Shown: positions 9,752-19,500 of the stretch, in pieces
Numbering within the stretch: the first letter of the stretch is position 1
Layout of the letters: the number at the start of each line of letters is the position of its first letter
Assembly: GCF_000284115.1 (NCBI RefSeq)
Contig: NC_017080.1
Location: 1,710,001-1,742,000 of the forward strand
Origin: Phycisphaera mikurensis NBRC 102666
GTDB taxonomy: Bacteria; Planctomycetota; Phycisphaerae; Phycisphaerales; Phycisphaeraceae
Length of the DNA: 32,000 nt
Direction: 5' to 3'
Position numbers and translations under genes: made by a program
The notes under the pieces: generated by a model
Databases searched by the model: none
What the model was told of the DNA's origin: nothing
Seen by the model: the letters and a program-made list of their open reading frames with translations, nothing else

Positions 9752-11455
9752 ATGAAGTTCCGCTTGATCGCACGCCACCTCGGCTTGCTGCTGCTCGTGC
9801 TGGGCGGCTGCATGCTCGTCGCCACGCTGGCGGAGCTGCTGGGGTTCGGCCGCGACGGCCCCAATGTCGAGCCGGTTGCCGAGGCCTTCGGCGCCGGCCT
9901 CGCGACGTGCGCCTCGCTCGGCGGCGGCCTGCTGTTCCTGGGCCGCCGCACCGCGACGCAGCGCCAGGCCCGCGCGGCGGCGCGGAGCCGCGGCGAGCGG
10001 TACGCCGGGCCGCAGCTCACGCGACGCGACGCCATGGCGATGGTCGCGGCGGGCTGGGTTCTGGGGGCCGGGGTGGCGGCGCTGCCCTTCTTCTCGTGGG
10101 CTTGGCTGCACACCGACGAGGTGGTTCCCGCGGTGTCCGCCGGCCCGGACGCACCCGCGCCGGAGGAGGCGGCGGGCACGCCGGTGACGCCGGCCGGCAA
10201 GGTCGTGCAGGCCGCGGGCTTCGACCACCCCTTCCGCAGCTTCGCGGCGTGCTACTTCGAGGCGATGTCGGGCATGACCACGACGGGAGCGTCGGTGCTG
10301 GGCACCGCCCCGCACGACATCGAGAGCCTGCCCTCGGGCCTGCTCCTCTGGCGGTCGCTCATCCAGTGGCTCGGCGGCCTGGGCATCGTGGTGCTCTTCG
10401 TGGCGGTGCTCCCGCTGCTGGGCGTCGGCGGCAAGACGCTGGTGCAGTTCGAGACGACCGGACCGGTGAAGCAGGGCGTCCGACCGAGGATCGCCGACGC
10501 TGCCCGCGAGCTCTGGCTGATCTACCTCGGTCTGTCCGCCGCCTGCTGCGGGCTGCTGGTGTGGCCGGGGGGCTTAAGCCTCTTCGACGCGGTGAATCAC
10601 ACCTTCACCGCGCTCGCGACCGGCGGCTTCTCCACCCGCAACGCGAGCGCCGGCGCTTACGACAGCGTCCCGGTCGACCTCGTGCTCGTGCTGTTCATGC
10701 TCCTCGCCGGCGTGAACTTCGGGCTCTACCACCAGGCGATCAACGGGCGCTGGCGGGCCGTGCTCCAGGACGCCGAGCTGCGGACGTACCTCTTGATCGT
10801 GCTCGCGGCGACGCTGGTGATCGCGGCGATGCTCGTGGGTTCGGAGCTGACGCTGACCACCGGGCAGCCGCGGGAAGCCGGCGTGCTCGAGTCTTTGCGA
10901 CACAGCCTCTTCCAGGTGGTGTCGGTGATGACGACGACCGGCTACGCCACCGCCGACTTCGACCAATGGGGCTTCGTGCCCAAGGCCATCCTGGTCGGCC
11001 TGATGTTCGTGGGCGGGTGCGCCAGCTCCACGGGTGGCGGGATCAAGGTCGTGCGGATCCTCACGGTGTTCAAGGTCTTCGGCGCGACGCTGGAGAAGGT
11101 CTACCGGCCGACGGTCGTGCGCACCGTGAAGATCGGCGGGGCGCCCCTCTCGGAGGGGGTGAAGGAGAGCGTGCTGATCTTCGTGCTCACCATGATCGGG
11201 CTGTTCGTGGCGGGCGCCCTCGTGCTGCGGTTGCTCGAGCCCGATCAGCTGACGGTCGTCGGCGCGGCGACCGCCTCCGCCGCGACGCTCATGAACATCG
11301 GCCCCGGCTTGCAGGCGGTGGGACCGATGAACAACTTCGGGTTCTTCGGCAGCGACTCGCTGATCGTGATGAGCCTCCTCATGGCGCTCGGCCGCCTGGA
11401 GGTGTTCGCGCTGCTGGTCGTCCTCACGCCCCGCTTCTGGCGGAACACGACCTGA
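9752..11455 (+). CDS. trkH: TrkH/TrkG/KtrB-family potassium uptake transporter
   Basis: Repeated filter-like motifs: MSGMTTTGASVL, ALATGGFSTRN, MTTTGYATADF, FVGGCASSTGGGIKVVR; many TM helices. Confidence 0.88.
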   Translation: MKFRLIARHLGLLLLVLGGCMLVATLAELLGFGRDGPNVEPVAEAFGAGLATCASLGGGLLFLGRRTATQRQARAAARSRGERYAGPQLTRRDAMAMVAAGWVLGAGVAALPFFSWAWLHTDEVVPAVSAGPDAPAPEEAAGTPVTPAGKVVQAAGFDHPFRSFAACYFEAMSGMTTTGASVLGTAPHDIESLPSGLLLWRSLIQWLGGLGIVVLFVAVLPLLGVGGKTLVQFETTGPVKQGVRPRIADAARELWLIYLGLSAACCGLLVWPGGLSLFDAVNHTFTALATGGFSTRNASAGAYDSVPVDLVLVLFMLLAGVNFGLYHQAINGRWRAVLQDAELRTYLLIVLAATLVIAAMLVGSELTLTTGQPREAGVLESLRHSLFQVVSVMTTTGYATADFDQWGFVPKAILVGLMFVGGCASSTGGGIKVVRILTVFKVFGATLEKVYRPTVVRTVKIGGAPLSEGVKESVLIFVLTMIGLFVAGALVLRLLEPDQLTVVGAATASAATLMNIGPGLQAVGPMNNFGFFGSDSLIVMSLLMALGRLEVFALLVVLTPRFWRNTT

Positions 11456-11482
11456 GGCCCGGGAACCCGCCGGCCGGATCGC

Positions 11483-11845
11483 TCATTCGTCGTAGAAGCG
11501 CAGCGCCGCCTCCAGCGAGGCGGTGACGGACGGCTCCGCCCGCGGATCGCCCTCGAAGCCGTCGGCGACGACGCACCGGAACCGATCGGCGTCCCAGAGC
11601 GCGAGGTCGTCCGTCGGCGCGGGAGACCCCGGCGGCAGCGACCAGGAGGAGCGATCCAGGCCTTCCGGCAGCAGGGCGAAGCTCCCGGCGGGGATCACCT
11701 CTCCGCTTGGGCGCTCTTTGGAGCCGTCCAGGTCGATCACCGCGTCGGGCTCCGCCGGCGTGGCGGGCGTCGGCGTCTGGGCGGAGCCCGGCGCGGAGGC
11801 GAGCAGCAGGGCGGGCAGGGCAAGGGCGGGGAGGAAGCGGTGCAT
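11483..11845 (-). CDS. small secreted hypothetical protein (120 aa)
   Basis: Signal peptide MHRFLPALALPALLLASAPGSAQ; ORF to TGA. Confidence 0.5.
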   Translation of the reverse strand: MHRFLPALALPALLLASAPGSAQTPTPATPAEPDAVIDLDGSKERPSGEVIPAGSFALLPEGLDRSSWSLPPGSPAPTDDLALWDADRFRCVVADGFEGDPRAEPSVTASLEAALRFYDE

Positions 11846-11887
11846 GGCGGGTTCCGGGAGCGCGACGCCGGAGCCTACGGTGCGGCT

Positions 11888-12436
11888 GTGCGGTGCCTCA
11901 CCCTCGCAGCTTCGTTGAGCCCCGCCAGCCGCAGCGCCGGCCTCGCCGCGGCGGCGAGGAACGCGGTCGCGGCGCACGGCGTGGAGTCGAACCTGCTCGA
12001 CCTCCGCGACCACGATCTGCCGCTGTGCGACGGCGGGAGCTGCTACGCCCACCCGTCGGTCCGCGAGCTCTCCGACGCGATCGGCGCGGCCGACCTGCTG
12101 CTGGTCGCGCTGCCGATCTACAACTATGGCGTCAACGCCGCGGCGAAGAACCTCGTGGAGCTCACCGGCCCGGCCTGGACCGGCAAGACCGTCGGCTTCC
12201 TCTGCTCCGCCGGCGGGACCAGCAGCCACATGGCGGTGATGGGCTTCGCCAACACGCTGATGCTCGACTGCCGCTGCCTCGTCCTGCCACGCTTCGTGTA
12301 CGCCGCGCCGGACGCGGCCGACGCCGGAGGCACCCCGACGGCGGCGCTCGCCGAGCGGATCGAGGCCCTCGCGGCCGAGGGCGTGCGGGTCGCTTCCGCC
12401 CTGGCAGAGGCCCCCGCCGCGGCCGTGCCCGCCTGA
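11888..12436 (+). CDS. NADPH-dependent FMN reductase-like flavoprotein
   Basis: LTLAASLSPASRS, NLLDLRDHDLPLCDGGS, DLLLVALPIYNYGVNAAAKNLVELTG. Putative GTG start. Confidence 0.75.
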   Translation: MRCLTLAASLSPASRSAGLAAAARNAVAAHGVESNLLDLRDHDLPLCDGGSCYAHPSVRELSDAIGAADLLLVALPIYNYGVNAAAKNLVELTGPAWTGKTVGFLCSAGGTSSHMAVMGFANTLMLDCRCLVLPRFVYAAPDAADAGGTPTAALAERIEALAAEGVRVASALAEAPAAAVPA

Positions 12437-12451
12437 GCTCTTCTCCCCGCC

Positions 12452-12694
12452 TCAGCCGGCGAGGATGGCGGTCCGGAAGCGGCGGCGGTGCCGCAGGTAC
12501 CGCAGGAGCGGGCTGGCGGCCACGGCCGCGACGGCGAGCCAGCAGACGCCGGCGGCCGCGGCCACGGCATCGCTCGGCGACGCGATCCCGCCGCCGTCGA
12601 CCGAGAGAAAACCGAACCAGGCCGCGAGCACCAACGCGGCCGCGGGCACGCACCAGCGCCTCCTGGATCTCCTCGGGTGGTGTCTTCTTCGCAT
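12452..12694 (-). CDS. small membrane protein, hypothetical
   Basis: MRRRHHPRRSRRRWCVPAAALVLAAWFGFLSVDGG...VCWLAVAAVAASPLLRYLRHRRR. Confidence 0.4.
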   Translation of the reverse strand: MRRRHHPRRSRRRWCVPAAALVLAAWFGFLSVDGGGIASPSDAVAAAAGVCWLAVAAVAASPLLRYLRHRRRFRTAILAG

Positions 12695-12731
12695 GCTTCC
12701 TCCGCCGGCAGTGTTCCACGCGGAGCATGCG
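12690..12731. promoter_or_regulatory. inverted repeat overlapping the start codon of the 12694 gene, in the argB divergent spacer
   Basis: cgcatgct (12690-12697) and agcatgcg (12724-12731), perfect 8-bp arms. Confidence 0.3.
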
Positions 12732-12849
12732 GGGGCAAGCGTCCGTCGGGCTCTGGTCGGTTCTTTATCGTCCGGGCGCGCCACCGGCCCGCACCGGCGC
12801 CCGCCGAGGCCGCCGCGGTCGCCGAGCCGCCCCGAACCCCGGAAGAAGC

Positions 12850-13722
12850 ATGCAGGAAGCCATCAGCAAGGCGGCAACGCTCGTCGAGGCCCACGCCTAC
12901 ATCCGCGAGTTCCGCGGCAAGGTCGTCGTGGTGAAGGTTGGCGGGTCCATCATGGACCAGCCCGAGGCGCTGGGGAACCTGCTCGGCGACGTGAGCTTCA
13001 TGCACGCCGTGGGCATGCGGCCGGTGGTGGTGCACGGCGGCGGCAAAGCCATCAACGCGGCGATGTCCGACGCGGGGCTCGATGCGCAGTTCGTGCAGGG
13101 CCGCCGCTACACCGACGAGCGGACGCTGGCGATCGCCGAGCACGTGCTCATCAACGACATCAACGCCGCCGCGGTCGGCCACTTGAAGGAGGCGGGCACG
13201 CCCGCGATGGGCCTGCACTCCCTGGGCTCGTGCGTCGTCTTCGCGAAGCGGCTCACGCTCCGCGGCGAGCAGAACCGGCGCATCGACATCGGCATGGTCG
13301 GCGAGGTCGAGTGGGTCAACACCGAGCTGCTGCGGGCCGTGCTCGACGCCGGCAGCATCCCGGTCATCGCGCCCATCGCCCGGGATCCCGCCGGCGGCAA
13401 GCTCAACATCAACGCCGACTCGGTCGCCGGCCACGTCGCCGGGGCGCTGCGGGCCGAGAAGTTCGTGCTCGTGTCCGACACCCACGGCATCCGCACCGAC
13501 CCCGACTCCGAAGAGACCGCCTCGACGCTGACGCGCGACGCGACGGACGGGCTGATCCGGGACGGCGTGATCGACGGCGGCATGCTGCCGAAGGTGGAGG
13601 CGGCGCTCACCGCGCTCGGCGGCGGGTGCCGGAAGGCGCACATCGTGGACGGGCGGATCCCGCACGCGCTGCTGCTGGAGGTGTACACCGAGGCGGGGAT
13701 CGGGACCGAGATCGTGCTCTGA
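12850..13722 (+). CDS. argB: acetylglutamate kinase
   Basis: VVVKVGGSIMD, RPVVVHGGGKAINAAM, GRRYTDERTL, NINADSVAGHVAGALRAEKFVLVSD, IRDGVIDGGMLPKVEAALTAL, AHIVDGRIPHALLLEVYTEAGIGTEI. Confidence 0.96.
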   Translation: MQEAISKAATLVEAHAYIREFRGKVVVVKVGGSIMDQPEALGNLLGDVSFMHAVGMRPVVVHGGGKAINAAMSDAGLDAQFVQGRRYTDERTLAIAEHVLINDINAAAVGHLKEAGTPAMGLHSLGSCVVFAKRLTLRGEQNRRIDIGMVGEVEWVNTELLRAVLDAGSIPVIAPIARDPAGGKLNINADSVAGHVAGALRAEKFVLVSDTHGIRTDPDSEETASTLTRDATDGLIRDGVIDGGMLPKVEAALTALGGGCRKAHIVDGRIPHALLLEVYTEAGIGTEIVL

Positions 13723-13746
13723 TCCGCGTGGGGAACCGCACGCTGC

Positions 13747-14325
13747 TCCGCTCTGCCCGCCACCCTGGCCGCGGTCGCTGCGTGGCGACGCCACGCTGTC
13801 CGACTCCCCATCCAGCTCCTTCGCGCTCAAGGCAGACGGAGCGGCGTCGCCGCTCCGCTCTCGGAGCCAACGGCGCCACGCTGTCCGCGTCGCGATCCAG
13901 CTCCTTCGCGCACAAGCAGACAGAGCGGCGTCGCCGCTCAGCTCTCGGAGCCACCCTGGCCGCGCTAGCTGCGTGGCGACGCCACGCTGTCCGACTCCCA
14001 GTTCCAGCTCCTTCGCGCACAAGGCAGACAGAGCGGCGTCGCCGCTCAGCTCTCGCAGCCAACCTGGCCGCGTTAGCTGCGTGGCGACGCCACGCTGTCC
14101 GGGTCCCCATCCAGCTTCCTCGCGCACAAGCCCGACAGAGCGGCGTCGCCGCTCAGCTCTCGCAGCCGGCCTGGCCGCGTTAGCTGCGTGGCGACGCCAC
14201 GCTGTCCGGGTCCCCATCCAGCTTCCTCGCGCACAAGCCAGACAGAGCGGCGTCGCCGCTCAGCTCTCGCAGCCAGTTTGGCCGCGATGGCTGCGTGGCG
14301 ACGCCACGCTTTCCGGGTCGCGATC
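13747..14325. repeat. tandem array of a 107-bp unit, each unit containing two different perfect hairpins
   Basis: gcgtggcGACgccacgc at 13780, 13971, 14079, 14186, 14293; gagcggcGTCgccgctc at 13839, 13923, 14031, 14138, 14245. Last spacings are 107 bp. Confidence 0.95.
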
Positions 14326-14383
14326 CGGCCCCGACGGGACGCGGTGTCTGCCGAAGCGCCGGCGGCTCGGCCGCGGCGGCCGG

Positions 14384-15229
14384 CTACTTGAGGTCCCGCT
14401 GCTGGAAGCCGACGATCCCGACGGAGACGAAGGTCGCGGACAGGGCGAAGAGAATCAGCGCACTGCGGGCGATCATCGGCCAGGGCGGGTACGCGAGGAA
14501 GGTGCGGACCCAGAAGCCGGCGTGGTACGAGATGAACCAGTGGCGGAGGCTCTTGAAGTAGGGCAGCTGCCCGAGCACGAGGTCGACGAAGAGCACCGAG
14601 AGCGTGAGGATCGTCGCGGCGGCGGGCTTCATCCGGAAGCACGAGAACATGAAACCCAGCGAGGCGATCACGCAGGTGGCGTAGGCGAGGCAGAGCACGC
14701 CGCGGGCGTAGCGGTAGAGCCCCTCGCCGGTCCCGTAGAAGGCGAAGAGCTGCTCGTCGGGGATGACGATGAAGAGCCTGCCGAGGCCGCCGCGGTAGAG
14801 CGACGCCAGCGTGAGGGCGGTGACGCCCAGGAACGCGACGAGGCTGAGGGTGTAGACGAGGCAGGCGGCGTACTTCACGCCGAGCAGGCGGACCCGCGAG
14901 ACCGGGCGGGCGAGGACCAGCCGCATCGTGCCCTCCTCGACCTCCTTGGCGACGATGTCGCCGGAGACGAGCGCGACGTACAGGCCGCCCAGGAAAGTGA
15001 AGCTGAAGGCGATGATGACCACCGCCAGCGTGAGGCCCTGGTAGTGCGAAGCGAACTCCAGGCCGTTCTCGCCGAGCAGCTTCGCGATCTCCTCCTTCGG
15101 CCGCGGGTGCTGCAGCATCGCGAGGATCGCGCCCTGCAGCGCGAGGAAGGCGCCGAAGCCGATGTACGTCCGCTTGCGGGCGTAAAGCTTGAAGAGCTCG
15201 GAGGCGAGTTGGTGGAGGAGGAGGGGGAT
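14384..15229 (-). CDS. ABC-type transporter permease (ABC-2-like)
   Basis: Six-helix-like hydrophobic protein, FKLYARKRTYIGFGAFLALQGAIL...LVSGDIVAKEVEEGTMRLVLARPVSR...; adjacent to ATPase. The start at 15229 is ATC and is uncertain. Confidence 0.8.
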   Translation of the reverse strand: MPLLLHQLASELFKLYARKRTYIGFGAFLALQGAILAMLQHPRPKEEIAKLLGENGLEFASHYQGLTLAVVIIAFSFTFLGGLYVALVSGDIVAKEVEEGTMRLVLARPVSRVRLLGVKYAACLVYTLSLVAFLGVTALTLASLYRGGLGRLFIVIPDEQLFAFYGTGEGLYRYARGVLCLAYATCVIASLGFMFSCFRMKPAAATILTLSVLFVDLVLGQLPYFKSLRHWFISYHAGFWVRTFLAYPPWPMIARSALILFALSATFVSVGIVGFQQRDLK

Positions 15230-15252
15230 GGTTCGGGGTGGGTGGGGGGGGG

Positions 15253-15412
15253 GAAGAGGCGAAGAAGCGGAGAAGCGAAGAAGCGGAGAAGCGAAGAAGC
15301 GAAGAAGCGGAGAAGCGAAGAAGTGAAGAAGCGGAGAAGCGAAGAAGTGGGGAAGCGAAGAAGCGGAGAAGCGAAGAAGTGGGGAAGCGGAGAAGCGAAG
15401 AAGTGGGGAAGT
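15253..15412 (+). repeat. 8-bp-period purine-rich repeat, 20 units (gaagaagc / ggagaagc / gaagaagt / ggggaagc)
   Basis: Direct reading in register from 15253; preceded by a 10-G run at 15244-15253. Confidence 0.95.
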
Positions 15413-15470
15413 GGGGAATTGGAAGGGAGTTGGCGCAGCCCGATAGCTTGGCCGGCGCGTTTGGCTCTTT

Positions 15471-16433
15471 TTAGTTTCGCTCCTCTTTGCTTGCTCCGTG
15501 CCTGGTTGCAGCCGTCGCTCGCGCGGCCTCGGTTTTGGTTGCACGCTCGAGATAGAAGGCTTCGAGCGTCGGTGCGATGGGGGCGAAGGCGGAGACGTCG
15601 AAGCCCGCGTTCACGAGGTGGGCGTTCGCCCGGGCGAGCGGGACGTCGCCGCGGACCGTGACGGTTTCGGGCTCCTGGCCGTCGCGGTCCGCGGATTCGA
15701 CGAGGCCCGCTGCGGCGAGGGAGGCGAGGGCTTCCGCGGGGCGGTCGGTCCGGATGCGGACGCGGCGGCGGGCGGCGGCGGTGGCGGCACGCCAGTCGCC
15801 CTCGAAGACGTGCCGGCCGCGGTGCAGCACGGTGACGGTCCCGCAGAGCTTCTCCACCTCGGCGAGCAGGTGGCTGCTGAAGAGGATCGTGAGATCCAGC
15901 TCGGCGTGCAGCTCCAGCAGCAGCTCGCGGAAGGCGGCGATGCCCTGCGGGTCGAGGCCGTCGGTGGGCTCGTCGAGGATGAGCACCTCGGGCGTGGGCA
16001 GCAGCGCCTGCGCCAGCGCGAGCCGCTGGCGCATGCCGTGCGAGTAGGTGGAGACCTTGGCGTGGATCCGCTCCGCGAGGCCGACCCGCTCCACGACGGC
16101 GTCGATCTCCGCCTCGCTCACCCGGCGCGTGAGGTTGGAGAAGGCCCGCAGGTTCCGCCGGGCCGAGAGGTAGTCGTAGAAGCACGGCGCCTCGAAGATG
16201 GCGCCCACCCTCCCCAGCGCCGCGCCGCGTTCCGCCGCGACGTCGTGGCCGTTCACCAGCGTCCGGCCCGCGTCGGGGTGCACCTGGCCGAGCAGCATGC
16301 CCAGCGTGGTGGACTTGCCGGCGCCGTTGTGGCCGAGCAGGCCGTGGATCGCGCCCCGCGGCACCTCCAGCGACAGCCCCTCGACGGCCGGCCGGCCCGC
16401 GAAGGCCTTCGACAGGTTCTCGAGGCGGATCAC
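15471..16433 (-). CDS. ABC transporter ATP-binding protein
   Basis: Walker A GHNGAGKSTT, signature YSHGMRQRLALAQAL, Walker B VLILDEPTDGLDPQG. Confidence 0.93.
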   Translation of the reverse strand: MIRLENLSKAFAGRPAVEGLSLEVPRGAIHGLLGHNGAGKSTTLGMLLGQVHPDAGRTLVNGHDVAAERGAALGRVGAIFEAPCFYDYLSARRNLRAFSNLTRRVSEAEIDAVVERVGLAERIHAKVSTYSHGMRQRLALAQALLPTPEVLILDEPTDGLDPQGIAAFRELLLELHAELDLTILFSSHLLAEVEKLCGTVTVLHRGRHVFEGDWRAATAAARRRVRIRTDRPAEALASLAAAGLVESADRDGQEPETVTVRGDVPLARANAHLVNAGFDVSAFAPIAPTLEAFYLERATKTEAARATAATRHGASKEERN

Positions 16434-16516
16434 GCCGGACCGTAGGGGGCGGGAGCCCGCTCCGGAGGCCGCCGGCGGCTCGCGTCGACGGCTCCGCCAG
16501 CGCGTACGCTCGCCCG

Positions 16517-19500
16517 ATGACGGACGCCGCGAAGGAGCCGGAGCAGCGGAAGAAGAAGCGGGGCTTCGTGCGTCGCTGGGGCAAGCGGCTGGCGATCCTG
16601 GCGGTCCTCGCGGTGCCGCTGTACCTGGTGGTCGGCTTCTACGTGCTCCCCTGGGCGGTCGTCTCCTTCGGCCTCCCGGCGGCGTCGGAGTTCGTCGACG
16701 GCCGCGTCGAGCTCGACGACCTCGACCTGGACCCGATCGCCTTCACGGCGACGCTGCGCGGCCTCCGGGTGTACGACCGCGACGACGCGAAGGTGCTGGA
16801 GGTGAAACGCTTCCGCGGGGGTGTCTCGCGTCGCAGCCTGTGGCTCGACGAGGCGCTGGTCCTGGACGCCGTGGAGGTCGACGGGCCCTACGCGAACCTC
16901 GTGCTGCGCGAAGACGGCACGCTGAACCTGTCGGACGTCTTCGTGGTGCCCGAGGACGACGAGCCGCCGAGCGCCGAGCCGGTCGACCTGCGGTGGCTCC
17001 CGCGGATCCGGCTCGGCGGTGTCGAGGTGAAGAAGGGGATTCTGAAGTTCGACGACCGGCTCACGCCGGGGGCGAAGCCGCGCCGCCTCGAGCTCGACAC
17101 GCTGACGATCGGGCCGATCGACACCGGCTCCAAGGCCGCGACGCCCATCCGCGCCGACCTGCGAACCGGCCTGGGCGAGACCGCCGCGGCGGAGGGTTCG
17201 CTGAGCCTGGATCCCCTGAAGTCCTCCGGCACGGCCGAGGCCGCGGGCCTCCGGCTGGCGTCCTACCAGCCCTACTTCGGTCTGATCGTCCCGCTCACGC
17301 TCGAGAGCGGAACGGCCTCGGCCGGCCTCTCCTGGACGCTGGACCTCACCCCCGACGCCCGCGTCGCCGAGGCGCGGGTCGACCGCGTCACGGTGGAGAA
17401 CCTCGGGCTCACGGACCCGGCCGCCCGCGGCCCGGTCCCGGCGTCTCTGGTGGGCTTCGAGCGTTTCACGCTCTCGGGCCTGGCGGCGGATGCCCTCGCC
17501 CACCGGGCCGAGCTGGCGAGCGTCTCACTGGACGCGGCGGCGTTGACGGTCCAGCGTGACGCGGACGGGACGCTCCCGCTGGTGACGGCCATCAACGAGG
17601 CGGTGCGGCGGGTGAACGCGCTGGCGGCTTCGCGGGAGGGCGAGGCTCCGGATGCGACGCCTGCCGCCGCGATGCCGATCCTCCCCGAGCCGTTCGCCGC
17701 CGCGGCGTCCGGCCTGCAGCGGCTGCTCGCCGACGCGACCGACGCGTCGGTGCCCTGGACCGCCCGGCTCGGGAAGGCGGAGATTACCCGCGCCCGCGCC
17801 CGGTGGAGCGACGCGGTGCCACCCGGCGGCGCCGTGCTCGGGCTCTTCCCGGTGGACGCCTCGGCGGGCCCGGTGGACACGGCGGCCGACCTGACGGTGC
17901 CGTTCAAGGCGACGCTCCGCGTCGACGACCCTTCGGAGCAGACGCTGCGGGCGACGCCCGACGGCGGCGGGGCGGCCTCGGCGGTGGAGGCGGTGGCGGA
18001 GGTCCCCGCGGAAAGCGAAGCGGCGCAGACGATCCGCCGGCAGATCGCCGCCGAGCAGGACGCCCCCGCGGGCGCGGACCTGGGAAGGGGCCTCATCACC
18101 GCCGAGGGGGCGTTGCGGCTGGACGATCCCGAGGCGGAAGCCGCCGTCGTGATCCGAGGCCTGGACCTCACCGGAGCCAACCCCTACCTGGCGCTCTACG
18201 TGCCGGGCCTGTTCATCGAGCGGTCCTCGATCGATCTGCGGCTGAGCCCGCGGGTGCGGCCGACGCGAGGCCCGCTGCCGGTGGCGGTCGAGGACGCGCT
18301 GATCCGCCTCGGCGGCTCGATCACCGCCCGCTACGGGCCCGAGGGCGTGGCCCCGCTGACCCTCCCGGTCAGCGGGCTCGCCTTCGAGTACGGCCCGCTG
18401 AACACGAAGTCGCCGCTTCCGGGGCGTCTGTCCTTCAACGGCATCGTTGCCGGCGGCGAGGTCGGGGCGGTGGGCACGGTGATCCCGCGGCCGCTGCGGC
18501 CGCGCGAGAGCGACGTCGACCTGCAGGTGGGCGTCTCGGGGTTGGAGCTGGCCCCGCTCTCGCCGCTGATCGCCCCGTTCCTGGGGCGAGCGATCGACAG
18601 CGGCAACCTGTTCATGGCGATGCCGGTGGAGATGAGCGAGGGCCGCTTCCAGGCGACGGTGCCGATCGCCATCGAGCGCTTCAAGCTCGGCGGCAAGGTG
18701 GACGCGACGGGCGCCCAAACCGGCGGCGGCGGGGGGACGCTGGGGGTGCCGATCGACCTGGTCGTTGCGGTGCTCAAGGGGCCCGACGACAAGCTCGCGC
18801 TCCCGCCGATCCCGCTGGACTTCAACCTGCTCGACAACAGCCTCAAGCTCGGCAAGGCCGTCTCCGGCGCCTTCGTCGGGGTCCTCCGCGGGATCGCGAC
18901 GCAGCCGCTGAAGATCCTCGGCGGCGTCGCCAGCGGCGGCGGCGCGGCCATGGGGCAGGCGGTCGGCGGCATCAAGAACGCCGCCGGCTCGGTGACGGGC
19001 GCCGCCGGCGGGATCGGTCGCGGGGCGGGGGAAGCGGCGGACGCCGCGGCGGGCGCGGTCAGCGGCGTCGCGGGTGCCGCCGGCGACGCGGCGGGCGGGA
19101 TGCTCCGCGGCGTCGGCGGGCTGTTCGGCATCGGCGGCGGGGAGGCCGACGACGCGACGGCGGAGGGCGACGCCCTGTCGGTCGCGGGCGGCGAGGCCGG
19201 GGAAGCCGCCGCCGACGCCGGTGTGATCGCCGGCGTCGTCTTCGAGCCCGGCGCGGCCGGCATCACGAGCGACGCCCGCGGGGCGCTCGACGAGCTCTCC
19301 GAGACGCTGAACGCGCGCGGCCTCGGCCTGACGCTCCACCCGCGGGTGGATCCCGACGCCGACGGCGCGGCGCTGCTCGCGCAGCGTCGGCGGCGGGCGT
19401 CGGCGGCCGGCGGCGGGGGCGACACGCCGGGCGTGCCGGCGGCGACGCCCGCCGAGGCCACGCCCGCGATGCTCCGCAACCTCGCGTTGCGGCGGGCCCG

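Noticed and set aside
12124-14217. 697-aa minus-strand ORF with repeated WRRHAANAARPAARAERRRRSV motif
   Set aside because: The repetition is translation of the 107-bp hairpin array; the ORF is antisense to argB.
13747-14325. CRISPR array
   Set aside because: The whole 107-bp unit repeats, including the segments between the hairpins; there are no unique equal-length spacers and no cas genes.
15238-15474. ORF encoding (EEAEKRRS)n-type peptide
   Set aside because: Simply the translation of the 8-bp DNA repeat; no initiation or domain evidence for a protein.
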